Assembly: GCA_002269645.1 (NCBI GenBank)
Contig: NIVC01000876.1
Span: forward strand, 124,001 to 188,000
DNA: 64,000 nt
Origin: Macrostomum lignano
Lineage: Eukaryota
Direction of reading: 5' to 3'
This document shows positions 10,911 to 22,749 of this stretch, in pieces. Made by a program: the position numbers and the translations under genes. The notes below the pieces were generated by a model. That model was not told the origin of the DNA, made no database searches, and saw only the letters and a program-made list of their open reading frames with translations. Each line of letters opens with the position of its first letter. The first letter of the stretch is position 1.

Positions 10911-11530
10911 ACTGACACAGCCTGTCACATGCTGATTGCTGGTATATGGGACTGACACAGCCTGTCACATGCTGATTGCTGGTATATGGGACTGACACAG
11001 CCTGTCACATGCTGATTGCTGGTATATGGGACTGACACAGCCTGTCACATGCTGATTGCTGGTATATGGGACTGACACAGCCTGTCACCTGCTGATTGCT
11101 GGCATATGGGACTGACACAGCCTGTCACATGCTGATTGCTGGTATATGGGACTGACACAGCCTGTCACCTGCTGATTGCTGGCATATGGGACTGACACAG
11201 CCTGTCACCTGCTGATTGCTGGTATATGGGACTGACACAGCCTGTCACATGCTGATTGCTGGCATATGGGACTGACACAGCCTGTCACCTGCTGATTGCT
11301 GGCATATGGGACTGACACAGCCTGTCACATGCTGATTGCTGGTATATGGGACTGACACAGCCTGTCACATGCTGATTGCTGGCATATGGGACTGACACAG
11401 CCTGTCACCTGCTGATTGCTGGTATATGGGACTGACACAGCCTGTCACATGCTGATTGCTGGCATATGGGACTGACACAGCCTGTCACCTGCTGATTGCT
11501 GGCATATGGGACTGGCACAGCCTGTCACAT
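10911..11530. repeat. 40-bp minisatellite, about 15 copies
   Basis: Unit ACTGACACAGCCTGTCACATGCTGATTGCTGGTATATGGG with an internal TGACA..TGTCA inverted pair. Diverged monomers reappear at about 13395-13455. Confidence 0.95.
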
Positions 11531-11899
11531 GCTGAATGCTGGCAATTGTACTGGTACTGGAACAGTGTGATGAAATATTTTTGCGACATGGCAAATTGTT
11601 TAGGCCCTAGACAAACCTACTGGAGTGACCGGAGATTTTAAAACTTGTCCCTATTTGCCTATCGCGAGTCCAAACTTTCTCCAATAGTCGCAGGTGCGCT
11701 ACAAGAAAATGAGTAACACGCTTGAACTTCGACAGCACTCGCCTATCTAGACCACTCTTGACCAGCGGCGCACCCTGACTGTCTCTGACGGTCTCTGACG
11801 GTCTCTGACTGTTTTTACCCTGGTTGCCTCTCTGGCAGCTTGTCTAAGGGTTGTGCGCAATCCGATTGGCTATGCCAATTTCTAAGGGTCCGCCCCGGA

Positions 11900-13110
11900 G
11901 GGGCTGTGCCCATTACAAATACTAAACCCTATTCTTTTTTCTAACCAATAGAATTTCGGCCCTCGGCCTTGGTTTAGGGGGGGGGTGGTGCCCGGAGTGA
12001 GTAGGTTCTCTGGACTGCAGTGTGGCTAGGACGGGACTGAGCCCCCCGGTCGTACCCGCCCTGCAGGAAAGAATGACCAATTCACAAAGGTGTACGGTAG
12101 ACCCAGTAGACTGCCAGCCCTGAGGCTGAGCACCCGGGCTGCAGGTCGGCAAGCTGCCTGCTTTAGGGCTATGGTGCTCCTCCTTTCTGCCATTCTTTTT
12201 TTCTGGACTGGCATCCCAGCGCTGTTTTATCCTTTTAGCTTTGTGCCTTTGTGGCTTTTATTATTTTATCCTTTTATCTGGCCACTAGAAGCCTTCCAAT
12301 ATTCGGAGTTATGAGCTCTGCCCTTGCCCGGTCCATCTTGCCCTGTCCTCGGGTCCATCTCCTGGCTCCTGCTGAAGGTCCCTGCTTGCGTGTCTCTGGC
12401 TCTCATCCTGACAGTGGATTGGTGTCCTGGGAAGGATGTTCGTCCCGAACCGGGGACAACCGGCTGAGTCCGGAGTCCTCTTGCCCTGGGTGCCTCTTCT
12501 CCCGACCCCTTGGCCCGGCCCCCAATAATGAGCTGGTTAGGCGATGCCCTTGGGTCGGTAGCAATAGAGGCGTAGGAGTCCTGGCCTCGCCTGGAGTCTC
12601 CCCCTCGGATACAAGCCTTCCAGACTCACTCCAAAATTAGAGCTGGGTAGTGAAAAGCCTTGAGGCTCGAGACCTTCAGGGCGCCCTGTAAGGATCGCAC
12701 TTGGTAATTAGCTGCCCAGACTCGCTTCAATAGTTTAAGCCATTTCCGTAGGTTTAGGAGTAACTCCTCACTCGGACCGCTTTCATAGTAGTATTCCAAG
12801 CATTTCGCTCTCCAATTTTTCTGCGCACTCCCAAAGACTCGCTAGCTGGGGGGGTGGCCTGGGTGGACTCGGTCCTAGTACCGTCCCTGATTCCACTGTT
12901 TGGGTTGGCGGTGTCTTGTACCGTAGGTTTGGGTCAACTCGCCCACCCGCGCTTTGAGCCGGGTCCAATCCCAATGCATCCATGGGGTATCTCGGGCCCT
13001 GGACAGTTAATGCCTTGGCCCCTGGTAGTGCCCCTCAGCGGCAGAGCCCACCCCGGGCTGATCCGCGGGTAGCAATGCTTCCCACCCTCGTTTAACAACA
13101 ACAAATAAAC
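11900..13110. other. Unclassified GC-richer segment, possibly a retroelement fragment
   Basis: GC-rich block with no recognisable long ORF, ending in AACAACAACAAATAAA (about 13095-13110). It lies between the 40-bp array and its diverged monomers. Identity not established. Confidence 0.3.
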
Positions 13111-13556
13111 CAGATGACACCACAAGATAATTTGCGAATTTTGTCAGATTCACTACCGATTTCCTTGTTTGGGGCACAAGATAACAAACAGGATAACAGA
13201 ATTTTCCCCTGCAAGATTCGCATGAATTACCTGACTGGGATGTTATCTGATTTATTTACCAGAGTGACTCCAGACGCGGAACGCCGAAAGCTGCCTAACT
13301 GACAAGCGGAATGTGGTCGGCCTGGGAACGATGAGAGGGAGCAGGCCGGACAGTCGGACAGTCACACGCTTAAAGTGCGGCGACGTCTGCTCACATGATA
13401 ACAGCCTGTCGCATGTAGATTACTGGCATACGAAACTGACACGGCCTGTCACGTGTTGAAAATTCCGCCAGCTAAGAATGTGGGACTGTCTACTGAATAC
13501 TTCTTATAAGCAGGACAAGGTGATAAAAAATGAATATAAACAGCCAGTCTGACACG

Positions 13557-14381
13557 TCATGTTTGCCCGTAGTGTATTTGTAATAATAGCTCATATTGCT
13601 CAAATAAAAACTTGGTATGTCGGCACGGCAGCGGCAGTCCGGGGAACTCGGTCGATCGATTCGGGTCAAACGAGTTCAAGGCGGGAGGCAGGTAGTTGTC
13701 ATAGTACCTGGCGATCGAGGTACAGGCCCCATCCGCCAGTATAGCCGTCCAGAAGCCTATGCTCCAATTCCCCGTGGAGTCGCAGTTGTAGGATTCGAGC
13801 AGCGTTGCCGCCACTCGGACAGTCACGAGCTTCACGTTCTCCAGCCACATCTTGGACGACACTCCGTCGAGCTTGGCTCCCTCGCTGCTCCACTCCACAT
13901 TCTCCGACATCCACTGCTGCGTCTGGCCGCACACCAAGTTGCTCCTGCTGGCGTCCGCATCGTCGCTCATCACCCAGGCGGCCCTCAGCTTCGAGCCCAC
14001 ACCCAGCATGAGCTTCCTGCTCAAGGTGAGGAACTTGGCGGCTCTGGCATTGGCGAATGTGGCACAGCGGCGGGACTGCGAGCTCTCTGCAGCAGCGAGT
14101 CCATCGATGAGGTGGCACACTGCGGTGTATTGGAAGAGCGAGCACTGGCGAGTGTCCGAGTCGAACTGGGCCACCTGCAGGCCGGTCGAGGCGCCGTAGT
14201 CGAGGCACTCGATGATGCCTCTCGGAATCTTGGCAGCCCGCACTGCCAGATTCTCAGGCAGGAACTGCGGGCTGCTCAAGCGGTGCCAGGAGCCCGACAG
14301 GCTCTCGCAGTGGACCAGCTGGGCCAGGCAGACCGCTGCAAGCAGAACGGAGACTGGAGTAGCGATGAAGCTGGTTGCCAT
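13557..14381 (-). CDS. Predicted secreted protein of unknown function (about 274 aa; possible PAN/apple-like N-terminus)
   Basis: GC3-rich ORF; signal peptide MATSFIATPVSVLLAAVCLAQLVHC; Cys spacing IECLDY..AQFDSDTRQCSLF suggests a PAN-like module. The 3' end may be spliced. Confidence 0.55.
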   Translation of the reverse strand: MATSFIATPVSVLLAAVCLAQLVHCESLSGSWHRLSSPQFLPENLAVRAAKIPRGIIECLDYGASTGLQVAQFDSDTRQCSLFQYTAVCHLIDGLAAAESSQSRRCATFANARAAKFLTLSRKLMLGVGSKLRAAWVMSDDADASRSNLVCGQTQQWMSENVEWSSEGAKLDGVSSKMWLENVKLVTVRVAATLLESYNCDSTGNWSIGFWTAILADGACTSIARYYDNYLPPALNSFDPNRSTEFPGLPLPCRHTKFLFEQYELLLQIHYGQT

Positions 14382-15165
14382 GCTGGCTGCAGTGCGGTAT
14401 TGCGGATTCGAGAGCTCGAGATGAGGCAGGCGGCAGAAATCCTGCATCCAGTTATTTGATGGTCACAATCTCGAGATGTTATCTTACAAAATAATATCTA
14501 CAGATGGTATTCCAAATAAGAAGCTCGTTTTATTCGAGCTACCATGGGTTCTGATTATTTGGGTGAACCGAAGGTTCAGTCTATTGTGGAGAAAGGGTTG
14601 TTTGTCAATTCAACTTCAGTGGGTCAACTTGTTAGTTCTGGTAATTGGGTTGAGACCCAAACTGTTTCAATCAAAAGTACTTCTTAAAACGATAGACATT
14701 CTGCATCATATTTTTAGTAGAGGATCATCACTACTCAGAGAACAGACTTGTTGGAGTAAAAATGAAAAACCGGCCAGCCTACAGTTGGCCGAAAAAAAAC
14801 GAATAAAAAAGGTTTTTATTTTTCTGATATTTATAACGCTTTTCGTTTAAAAAAATACGTAATTCAGCTAATTAACCTTAGCTATTTAACGACGATGTAG
14901 CGAAATATGTAACAGAATGATAAAATAGATTCCTAAAACCAATGATGTAGTAGAGAATGGCTATGAGTGCACCAATGTTTTTGACCGAGGGCGCGCAGCA
15001 AAATGATACAATCGAAGATTCATATATCTCTCCATAGCTTAATTCGCGCGCGATCGTGCCAAGACATTTGTTTGTCTATGGCCCGTGCATCGATGCCGTG
15101 CAGCAATAGCATCATTGCACGGAAAAGTTTTTATGTACGATTACAAGTACAAAGTAGCAACAGTA

Positions 15166-15912
15166 TAGCATTTTGCAGCCCATTTGGGCTTACGCGCATT
15201 TAATTTAATCCAAGATATGTTTGCCAATGTAACGGAGCTTTTGTCTATGGTAGCAAGGCTGGCACAGCGGCATTTAATTTGGTCCAAAAAGCATCAATTT
15301 GGTCCAAACACTCGTGAGCCATTGGACAAACTCTTGCCTTCTCTCAACCGTCTGCAGGTTGTTGCGCACCGCTGGAATGTCAGCGTCTCTACCAAAAATT
15401 TCCAGTTGCTGTTCCAGAGCTCTGCTGATAGTCGAAATCTGATAACCAACTTGAGCTGTTCCCTCAACTTCTGCTGCATTTTCTGAAACGTCAACAAAGG
15501 GTTCGTCTCCACTGCATCGAGTAGCAGTTGGACCTGAGGCTCTCGAGCAACTTTTCTTGGCGATTGCCACCCTTTCGCAGGCAATCTCTGCCGGCAGAGT
15601 TTCAACGCGCTGCTGGATGCTGTAAACCACCTTTTCTTTTACATTCAGCAACCTTGCAATGTCCTTTGGGTGTTCACCTCCGTCGAGTGCTTCGATCACA
15701 AGCCAATGACATTCGTTCAACAGCCTAGCATATGGTCCACAATTCTGGGACTGAGCTGCAAATGAACTAAATGGACCAAATTGATGCCTGTTGGACCAAA
15801 TTAAATGCCGCTGTGCCAGCCTTGCTGCCATAGACAAAAGCTCCATTACTTTGACAAACATATCTTGGATTAAATTCAATGCGCGTAAGCCCAAATGGGC
15901 TGCAAAAAGCTA
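15166..15912 (-). mobile_element. Non-autonomous Tc1/IS630-like DNA transposon (747 bp, 141-bp TIRs, TA TSD)
   Basis: TIRs 15166-15306 and 15772-15912 (TAGCATTTTGCAGCCC...GGGCTGCAAAAAGCTA), with TA on both sides. The interior encodes frameshifted HTH fragments (GEHPKDIARLLNVKEKVVYSIQQR; NPLLTFQKMQQKLREQL) and no DDE domain. Confidence 0.85.
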
Positions 15913-16039
15913 TATTTGAAAAAACAAATAGCAAATTACTGACATGTTTTATTATTTTATATGTTATATGTTATAAATTATGTTAACATCATAATATCAA
16001 TCAACGATCAGTAACTTATGGCCAGTAACAGCAGCTATA

Positions 16040-16215
16040 TCAGCCGGTGAGTGTCCGGCGATGACTCGGCGATGACTGTGGATCTGACACAATGGCCTGT
16101 GTACACTTTCGAACAGATTCCGCGAGCTTCTCGAGGTACAGTTTCAGGCAAGCCACTGGACACTTTGCCGCATTCGTTGCGACCATCACAGGATCCTTCA
16201 TGCAGATGTCATTCC
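16040..16215 (-). mobile_element. Possible Crypton/DUF3504-type tyrosine recombinase fragment
   Basis: Short minus-strand motif KCPVACLKLYLEKL resembles the CPV..(F/Y)..YL.K motif of DUF3504/Crypton recombinases. Single motif only. Confidence 0.3.
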
Positions 16216-17019
16216 CGCACTCGTGACCGTGCAGGAATCCCATTGTCGGATTATTCATCGTGCAGGAATGCACAAAACCGTGCAGGAATGCATTTCTGCG
16301 CCTAATGCTTTTTCAGTGAGATTTTACCATAGACATCCATTCCTGCACGCAAAAGAGTGCAAGAATGCCATTCCTGAAAATCAGCCGACAATGTGTAGAA
16401 AACGCAGTTGTCTATGGTTTTAACACATTAAACAAAACGCGGTCAGCGTGTAAGAAACTCCAGTGTTTGGACCATAGACAACTGCGTCGATTACACGCCG
16501 ACCAAAATAAATGAAATTATATTTATTAGTATATTTATTTTTTCAAAACGCAATGAACTGTTTTATAAACAGCAAATTCAACACCGTTTCTAGAAAGTAA
16601 ACTCACAGTGTAAATCAGTGATTCCGTCAGCCATGTCTCTAACCAAAAAACACACATTTGTAGAGCGGTCTGTGGAAATTGAACGCAATAGGTCGATTGC
16701 CATTGCCAAACGAATCCGTGGTAACAGTGGCAGCCGGTACATGTATTGATTGACTGACCATTGTCGCTGACTCGATAGTTGAAACAACCGCGCCTTCTTG
16801 CCTAATTGAAGCTATTGGCATACTTGCGGGATCCGCTCCAGACACAGGAACTGGGATTACCTGCTTCCTCGATTCGGCTAATACCTGATTCTTGCCATCG
16901 GAATGCAGCGACAGCGACAGACTCTGAAATTTGCTGCATCTCATCGACTGCCAAATCAAAAGTACCGATCCACGGTCCTTTAGAACGGGCTCCATTCTAA
17001 AATTCGATTTGCCATGAGT

Positions 17020-18019
17020 GCAAGGAGTTGTCTATGGGTGACGGGCATTCAGTTCAGCGTGCAAGAGGAGTTGTCTATGGGTGACGGGCATTCAGTTCAG
17101 CGTGCAAGAGTTGTCTATGGGTGACGGGCATTCAGTTCAGCGTGCAAGAGTTGTCTATGGGTGACGGGCATTCAGTTCAGCGTGCAAGAGTTGTCTATGG
17201 GTGATAGGCATTCAGTTCAGCGTGCAAGAGGAGTTGTCTATGGGTGACGGGCATTCAGTTCAGCGTGCAAGAGGAGTTGTCTATGGGTGACGGCCATTCA
17301 GTTCAGCGTGCAAGAGTTGTCTATGGGTGACGGGCATTCAGTTCAGCGTGCAAGAGTTGTCTATGGGTGACGGGCATTCAGTTCAGCGTGCAAGAGGAGT
17401 TGTCTATGGGTGACGGACATTCAGTTCAGCGTGCAAGAGTTGTCTATGGGTGACGGCCATTCAGTTCAGCGTGCAAGAGGAGTTGTCTATGGGTGACGGC
17501 CATTCAGTTCAGCGTGCAAGAGTTGTCTATGGGTGACGGGCATTCAGTTCAGCGTGCAAGAGGAGTTGTCTATGGGTGACGGGCATTCAGTTCAGCGTGC
17601 AAGAGGAGTTGTCTATGGGTTACGGCCATTCAGTTCAGCGTGCAAGAGTTGTCTATGGGTGACGGGCATTCAGTTCAGCGTGCAAGAGTTGTCTATGGGT
17701 GACGGGCATTCAGTTCAGCGTGCCAGAGGAGTTGTCTATGGGTGACGGGCATTCAGTTCAGCGTGCAAGAGTTGTCTATGGGTGACGGGCATTCAGTTCA
17801 GCGTGCAAGAGGAGTTGTCTATGGGTTACGGCCATTCAGTTCAGCGTGCAAGAGTTGTCTATGGGTGACGGGCATTCAGTTCAGCGTGCAAGAGTTGTCT
17901 ATGGGTGACGGGCATTCAGTTCAGCGTGCCAGAGGAGTTGTCTATGGGTGACGGGCATTCAGTTCAGCGTGCAAGAGGAGTTGTCTATGGGTGACGGACA
18001 TTCAGTTCAGCGTGCAAGA
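17020..18019. repeat. 40/43-bp minisatellite, about 24 copies
   Basis: Unit GAGTTGTCTATGGGTGACGGGCATTCAGTTCAGCGTGCAA, with or without an extra GAG. Confidence 0.95.
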
Positions 18020-18429
18020 AACGCAGCTGCCTATGAAAAATACTACTGAGATATATTGAGTCGAGTTGTGCCATTTTTTATTATTATGCACAATAAATGT
18101 GCCATTGTATGTAGGATATAAAATTAAATTAAACAAAGAATCCTATTTTTCTAAAGGAAACACTATGAGTATCACTGAGCTATAAGAAATGCAAGTCATA
18201 TCAAAAGATGAACATTGGGGCAACCGCCGAGCGGACCCGGGGGTCTACATGTACATTTTTTTTAATTTCTACAACAGATTTCTTGAAATAAAAAAGGAAA
18301 ACAGAGAACAAAACAAAGTTGAAAGTTTTAACGTCATACACGCGACGATTTGCAAAAGTGCTAATATAATATACAAAATAATTGGATTTATTTCTGCAAA
18401 GCTGTGGCAACAATGCCTCTCAACCTGAG

Positions 18430-19034
18430 CTACTCATCAGAGTCCGCTGCCGCCATCACCGCAGTCAAGCAGTCTTGGCTGGCTTTCCTGAATCCTTTCT
18501 CGCACAGGTCGTCAAGAGGAATTTCTAGGTGGAACTTCTTGCCGCCCTCGAATACTTCCAGCGGCACGAAGGTCATCTTGTTTCTGTTGGCCTGGCTGAA
18601 GGCCAGGTGCGTCTGCAGCCGGTCGTTTAGGCTCAGATTTTTGAGCGACCTGTGATGAACGAATTCAGTGATTGAATAAGGCTGGCTAAATTACAATGCA
18701 CCTGTGCAGGTTTCTGTACTCTTTTCATAGCAGGTTTTATTGCCGATATGTAGCGTGGTTAACTTTGCAAAGGGAAATATATACACAGCCTGTGGATTTG
18801 AACTGCGCCTACCTGAAAGAGTTGTCGGACTCGTCCATTTGTTGAACCCGCTGTACCTGGAAGAACAGGGGAACCAGGGCGAATATGAAAATAATTCGTG
18901 TCCACCTGGTGCGAATTTGATCGTACGGCGACAGAGGCGGCAGGAACAGCAGCTGGCGCCGCGAAGACCCCGTAGCCGCCTGCTGAAGACTCAGTTTGCC
19001 CAGAAACATGGCCTTTTTCACTGAAAAAATCCAT
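18430..19034 (-). CDS. Hypothetical 130-aa protein, 3 exons, no recognised family
   Basis: Exons 19034-18906, 18856-18813 and 18649-18430 joined by GT-AG introns (49 and 163 nt) give 393 nt in frame: MDFFSEKGHV..SHQ|VQRVQQMDESDNSFR|SLKNLSLNDRLQTHLAFSQANRNKMTFVPLEVFEGGKKFHLEIPLDDLCEKGF..SDE*. The start may lie further upstream. Confidence 0.55.
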
Positions 19035-19420
19035 GTCAAACTATTGCTTGAAGCATTTCGGGATGGATACTTATATTTTTAAACTTACTTGTTAAGTAGC
19101 ATAGAATGCAGTTTTCTATACTCATGTTAACAATTAATTGCTACTTATCTGAAATAGCTCTGCTGTGTCTATTTGCCCATCCTGCAAGCTTTTTTGCGTA
19201 ACAATCGATACTGTCTACTTGTCAGTAGACGATCCACCAAACTAATGATTAAAGCTACATTGGACTGGACATCTGTTAAGAGTGCGCCAATTAACGCTGA
19301 TCAACTATAGTATTTGTCATGCTATCTCAGCCTAGAGACATCCAAACTCAGCCAGTCCCATTCCGCAATGCGTTTTTTTGGCTCGAGCTAGTCGACTTTT
19401 ACCATAGACATGCTTCTTAA

Positions 19421-19614
19421 GGCCATGCTATCTCAGCCTGGGACATGCAATCTCAGCCAATATAGATTTCAATTGCAAACAGATCTCAATGCTATCATTT
19501 CTGTAACGTGATATGAAATGGCAACAAACAGCAATGAATGAACGCAGCAAGAAAAGTCAGTAAGGGTACGCAACAACGCTGAGATTGCATGTCCCAGGCT
19601 GAGATAGCATGGCC
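19421..19614. mobile_element. 194-bp MITE with perfect 37-bp TIRs and TTAA TSD (Kolobok-like termini)
   Basis: TTAA|GGCCATGCTATCTCAGCCTGGGACATGCAATCTCAGC ... GCTGAGATTGCATGTCCCAGGCTGAGATAGCATGGCC|TTAA. GG..CC termini with TTAA fit Kolobok better than piggyBac. Confidence 0.8.
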
Positions 19615-20470
19615 TTAAGATAGAGATAGCATGAAGAAATACTATATTATATGGTTGATTGCTAACCATGCTATCCCCTCCCTCTGATTTTCTATTGGCT
19701 TATTCATAGACGACCTCCAACCCAGCTCCAGCCCGACCCCTCGGACCGCGTCTTCCACGCGCCAACTCTCTACCCTCGAACCCCCCACCCCTAATTTTAT
19801 TGCCGTCCTTCTCCGCTTGCGTACATTCTTAAGAGGCATTGGTTAGCCGATGTACATTTGAACTGCGACGATAAATTTTATTGTCCTTGAGCTAAAGGGG
19901 CAAGCAAATAAACTTCGTTGGAGAAAATCTTATTCGAGCCCTGATTCTTTATAATGAAAGCCTAGCTTCAACTTTCACGACACAATTAATTCTACAGTTG
20001 CTCCAAATCAAATTTTTACCCATGTACGAGTGAATGAGGAAATTTCATCATCTATCTAAATATACTAAATCTCTAAGGTTTGTATGTCCATAATCAATTT
20101 TCTAAATTTATTATCTAATCACCTCCTTGAGTCCTTGACTCCTTAACCCCGAAACTTTTGTATCGTGTTGCTACTGAGACTACTTTCCATTGGGCATATT
20201 AAATGCGAATTGCTGTCGGTTTTTGCGACAAACATAAGAAGTCAGATTTGCCAATTTTCAAGTTTCCAATTAACTCAGGTGTCCTTAACTAATGGAGTGG
20301 CTTATATCATGCCTTAGTGACAAAAAATATTTAATTTATTAAACTTGGCATTGTTAAAAAATATGAATTTAAAACAACAACAACAAGCAGCCAAATCAAG
20401 CCAAGAAGAAATGCAACACCAATATTTATTTATTAATAATGGTTATGATTATAATTATGAGCACACAGAA

Positions 20471-21325
20471 TCAGTCATCCTCATCCATTGGCTGCTCTGC
20501 ATCGGAGGAGCCGCTGGAGGACTCGCGGTCCCAGTCCTTCATGCTCAGCGTGGGCTTCACCAAGTAGTCCTCGGACAGGGCGCCCCACGACTTCTTCGCT
20601 TTCTTCTTCTGCTGCCGATCTTCTTCCGCAGAAGAAGACTCATTGTTGCCAGATTTGGATTTCGCCTCGTCTGTTGCCTTCCGCCGGCCGGCCAGCATGT
20701 CGAGGAAGTCGCCGCGCGACAGCGAGCTCAGCACCCGCTGCCTGCCCGCCTCCGAGCGCCCGGCCAGCCGCGACTCCAGCGAGCGCTGCTGCGCCCTGAC
20801 GGCGTTGAACAGCTGCACAACTCCGCGGCAGGCTATTCGCTCCAGCTGGCGCTCCGCCTCGCGCTCGTTCGGCGCCGACAGCGGCTTGCGGCGCCCGGCG
20901 CATAGCCAACGGCGCCTCTCAGCCGTCAGTTTCCGGCGCCGGCGGCCCAGATCGACATTGGAGTCCTCGGCGGCGTCGTCGGTGTCGGCAGCGGCGTTGG
21001 CGGCGGCCGGGGAGAACCGCTGGCGGTCGGTGAGCGCCTTGGCCAGGATGGGGCAAGCGGGGGCGCGGGTTTGCAGCAGCAGGCCGCGGATGACGTTGGC
21101 CAGTCCGGCCGTTCCGCTCGCCTCCGCGGATTTGCGCTTGCCGCGGGCCTTCGACTGGCCGGCGGCCGGCTTCTGCCGATCCGAGGAGGCGTCGCTGTCG
21201 CTGGCGATGTCCTCGACTTCCTCCGCGTTGTCGTCTTCTTCAAGGTCCTGCTCTATCGTGACGCGAACCGCGGCCTGCGGCTGCTTTGAAGCGGCCGACA
21301 GCTTGGCTGAGGCGGCGGCTCGCAT
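20471..21325 (-). CDS. RRP15: RRP15-like ribosome biogenesis protein, single coding exon, 284 aa
   Basis: Motifs ER.L.RIA.RGVVQLFNAVRAQQ, S.GDFLDML, W.AL.EDY and KDWD.E, with an acidic N-terminus. The ATG at 21325 is directly preceded by an acceptor-like CCAG|CA. Confidence 0.9.
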   Translation of the reverse strand: MRAAASAKLSAASKQPQAAVRVTIEQDLEEDDNAEEVEDIASDSDASSDRQKPAAGQSKARGKRKSAEASGTAGLANVIRGLLLQTRAPACPILAKALTDRQRFSPAAANAAADTDDAAEDSNVDLGRRRRKLTAERRRWLCAGRRKPLSAPNEREAERQLERIACRGVVQLFNAVRAQQRSLESRLAGRSEAGRQRVLSSLSRGDFLDMLAGRRKATDEAKSKSGNNESSSAEEDRQQKKKAKKSWGALSEDYLVKPTLSMKDWDRESSSGSSDAEQPMDEDD

Positions 21326-21329
21326 TGCT

Positions 21330-21577
21330 GGATTGTGATTGACAGATTGATTAATTGGTTGTTTGATTGACATTTGACAGTTTAATTGATTGGTTGTTTG
21401 TTTGACAGATTGAACTAATTGACTGATTGATTGACAGATTGAACAGATTGGTTAATTGACAGATTAAACTGTGATTGATTGACTGATTGATTGATTGACT
21501 CGTTGATTGACAGATTCAACTGAGTGATCGATCGACCGATTGATTGGTTGATTGGTTGATTGACAGATTAAACTGAG

Positions 21578-21612
<35 letters not shown>

Positions 21613-21800
21613 CTGATTAAACTGAGTGATCGATTGATTGGTTGATTGACTGATTGATTGATTGACAGATTGAATCGATTAATTGATTTACAGACTGATT
21701 TCATTGATAGGTTGATCACCAGACTGATTTGACAAATTAGATTGATTAGTTGATTGATTGATAGATTTAATTTATTGATTAACTGATTTACAAACATATA
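21330..21800. repeat. Degenerate (TCAA/TTGA)n microsatellite tract upstream of RRP15
   Basis: GATT/GATTGATT/GACAGATT tract. Confidence 0.85.
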
Positions 21801-22749
21801 GCCTAATTAAACCCAAATTGAAAATGGTAATTAAAAAAAACTGAAATCTCGTTCTCGACTTATAAAAATTTTTCTTTTCAAAATCATAAAATCAGACCAC
21901 GAATATAATAGAGTGGATTAGAAGAATGTCTCCCAGCACAACAGACACAGATATGGCAGTAATACAGCAATATGAATCAGAACCAACAGAAAGCAAAGTT
22001 AAAAAACATTGAAACAACTTTTTTAAAAAGAGCTGAGCACATTTTTATGCCAGCGGTTTGTTCGCTAAAACATTGCAAATAAATAGCATATGGCTGAATT
22101 GGATTGGAAAGCAAAACCACCGCAGGGGTGTCCAATGACTTCAAACTTGTTGAATTTCAGGAAAAAGGCAATCCTTGATTAATAAATTATATCAATACCA
22201 CATGAGATACTAGAATAGCTAGATGGGCCACTCGGCACATTTGCGTGTCAGCTACTTTCAGTTCAGTAGTAAGTTAAACTGAAGAATTTTAATGTTTTTT
22301 CAAAGCCAAGGCTCATTTATTGGCTCTTACCCCCCCCCTTCCAGCTTAAAACCTCCAACGGCGCCTTTCCACACAACCCCCCTCCGCCCCCGCCCCAGTT
22401 TTTATTGCCTTTCTCGGAATTCCAGCCTAAAGCTGGCATGTACATTTCAGTGGACTGGCTAATGTACATTATTGCTGAACCAATTAGCAAGCTGTTTACG
22501 CCTGCAAGCTTGGGCTTCTGAACTTATCAAAGTTCATTTCAGCTGCCTTTATTCTTATAAAATAGCTTATGTATTCTTCTTTGCTACTGAACTGAAAGTA
22601 GAAATCTGTTTACTAAGTATATATGCCTGAGTGGCCTATCTACGAGACTAGTTATTTTAGTATCTGTGATCAATACTAACAATATGATTATTAATCAATT
22701 CCAACATTCAGAAACATGATGAAAAATCTAGCTATGCTTCTACAGTCGG

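Noticed and set aside
15274-15894. Bacterial IS630 contamination or horizontal transfer
   Set aside because: The element has a TA TSD and sits among eukaryotic spliced genes; eukaryotic Tc1/IS630-like families explain it. Origin cannot be tested without a phylogeny.
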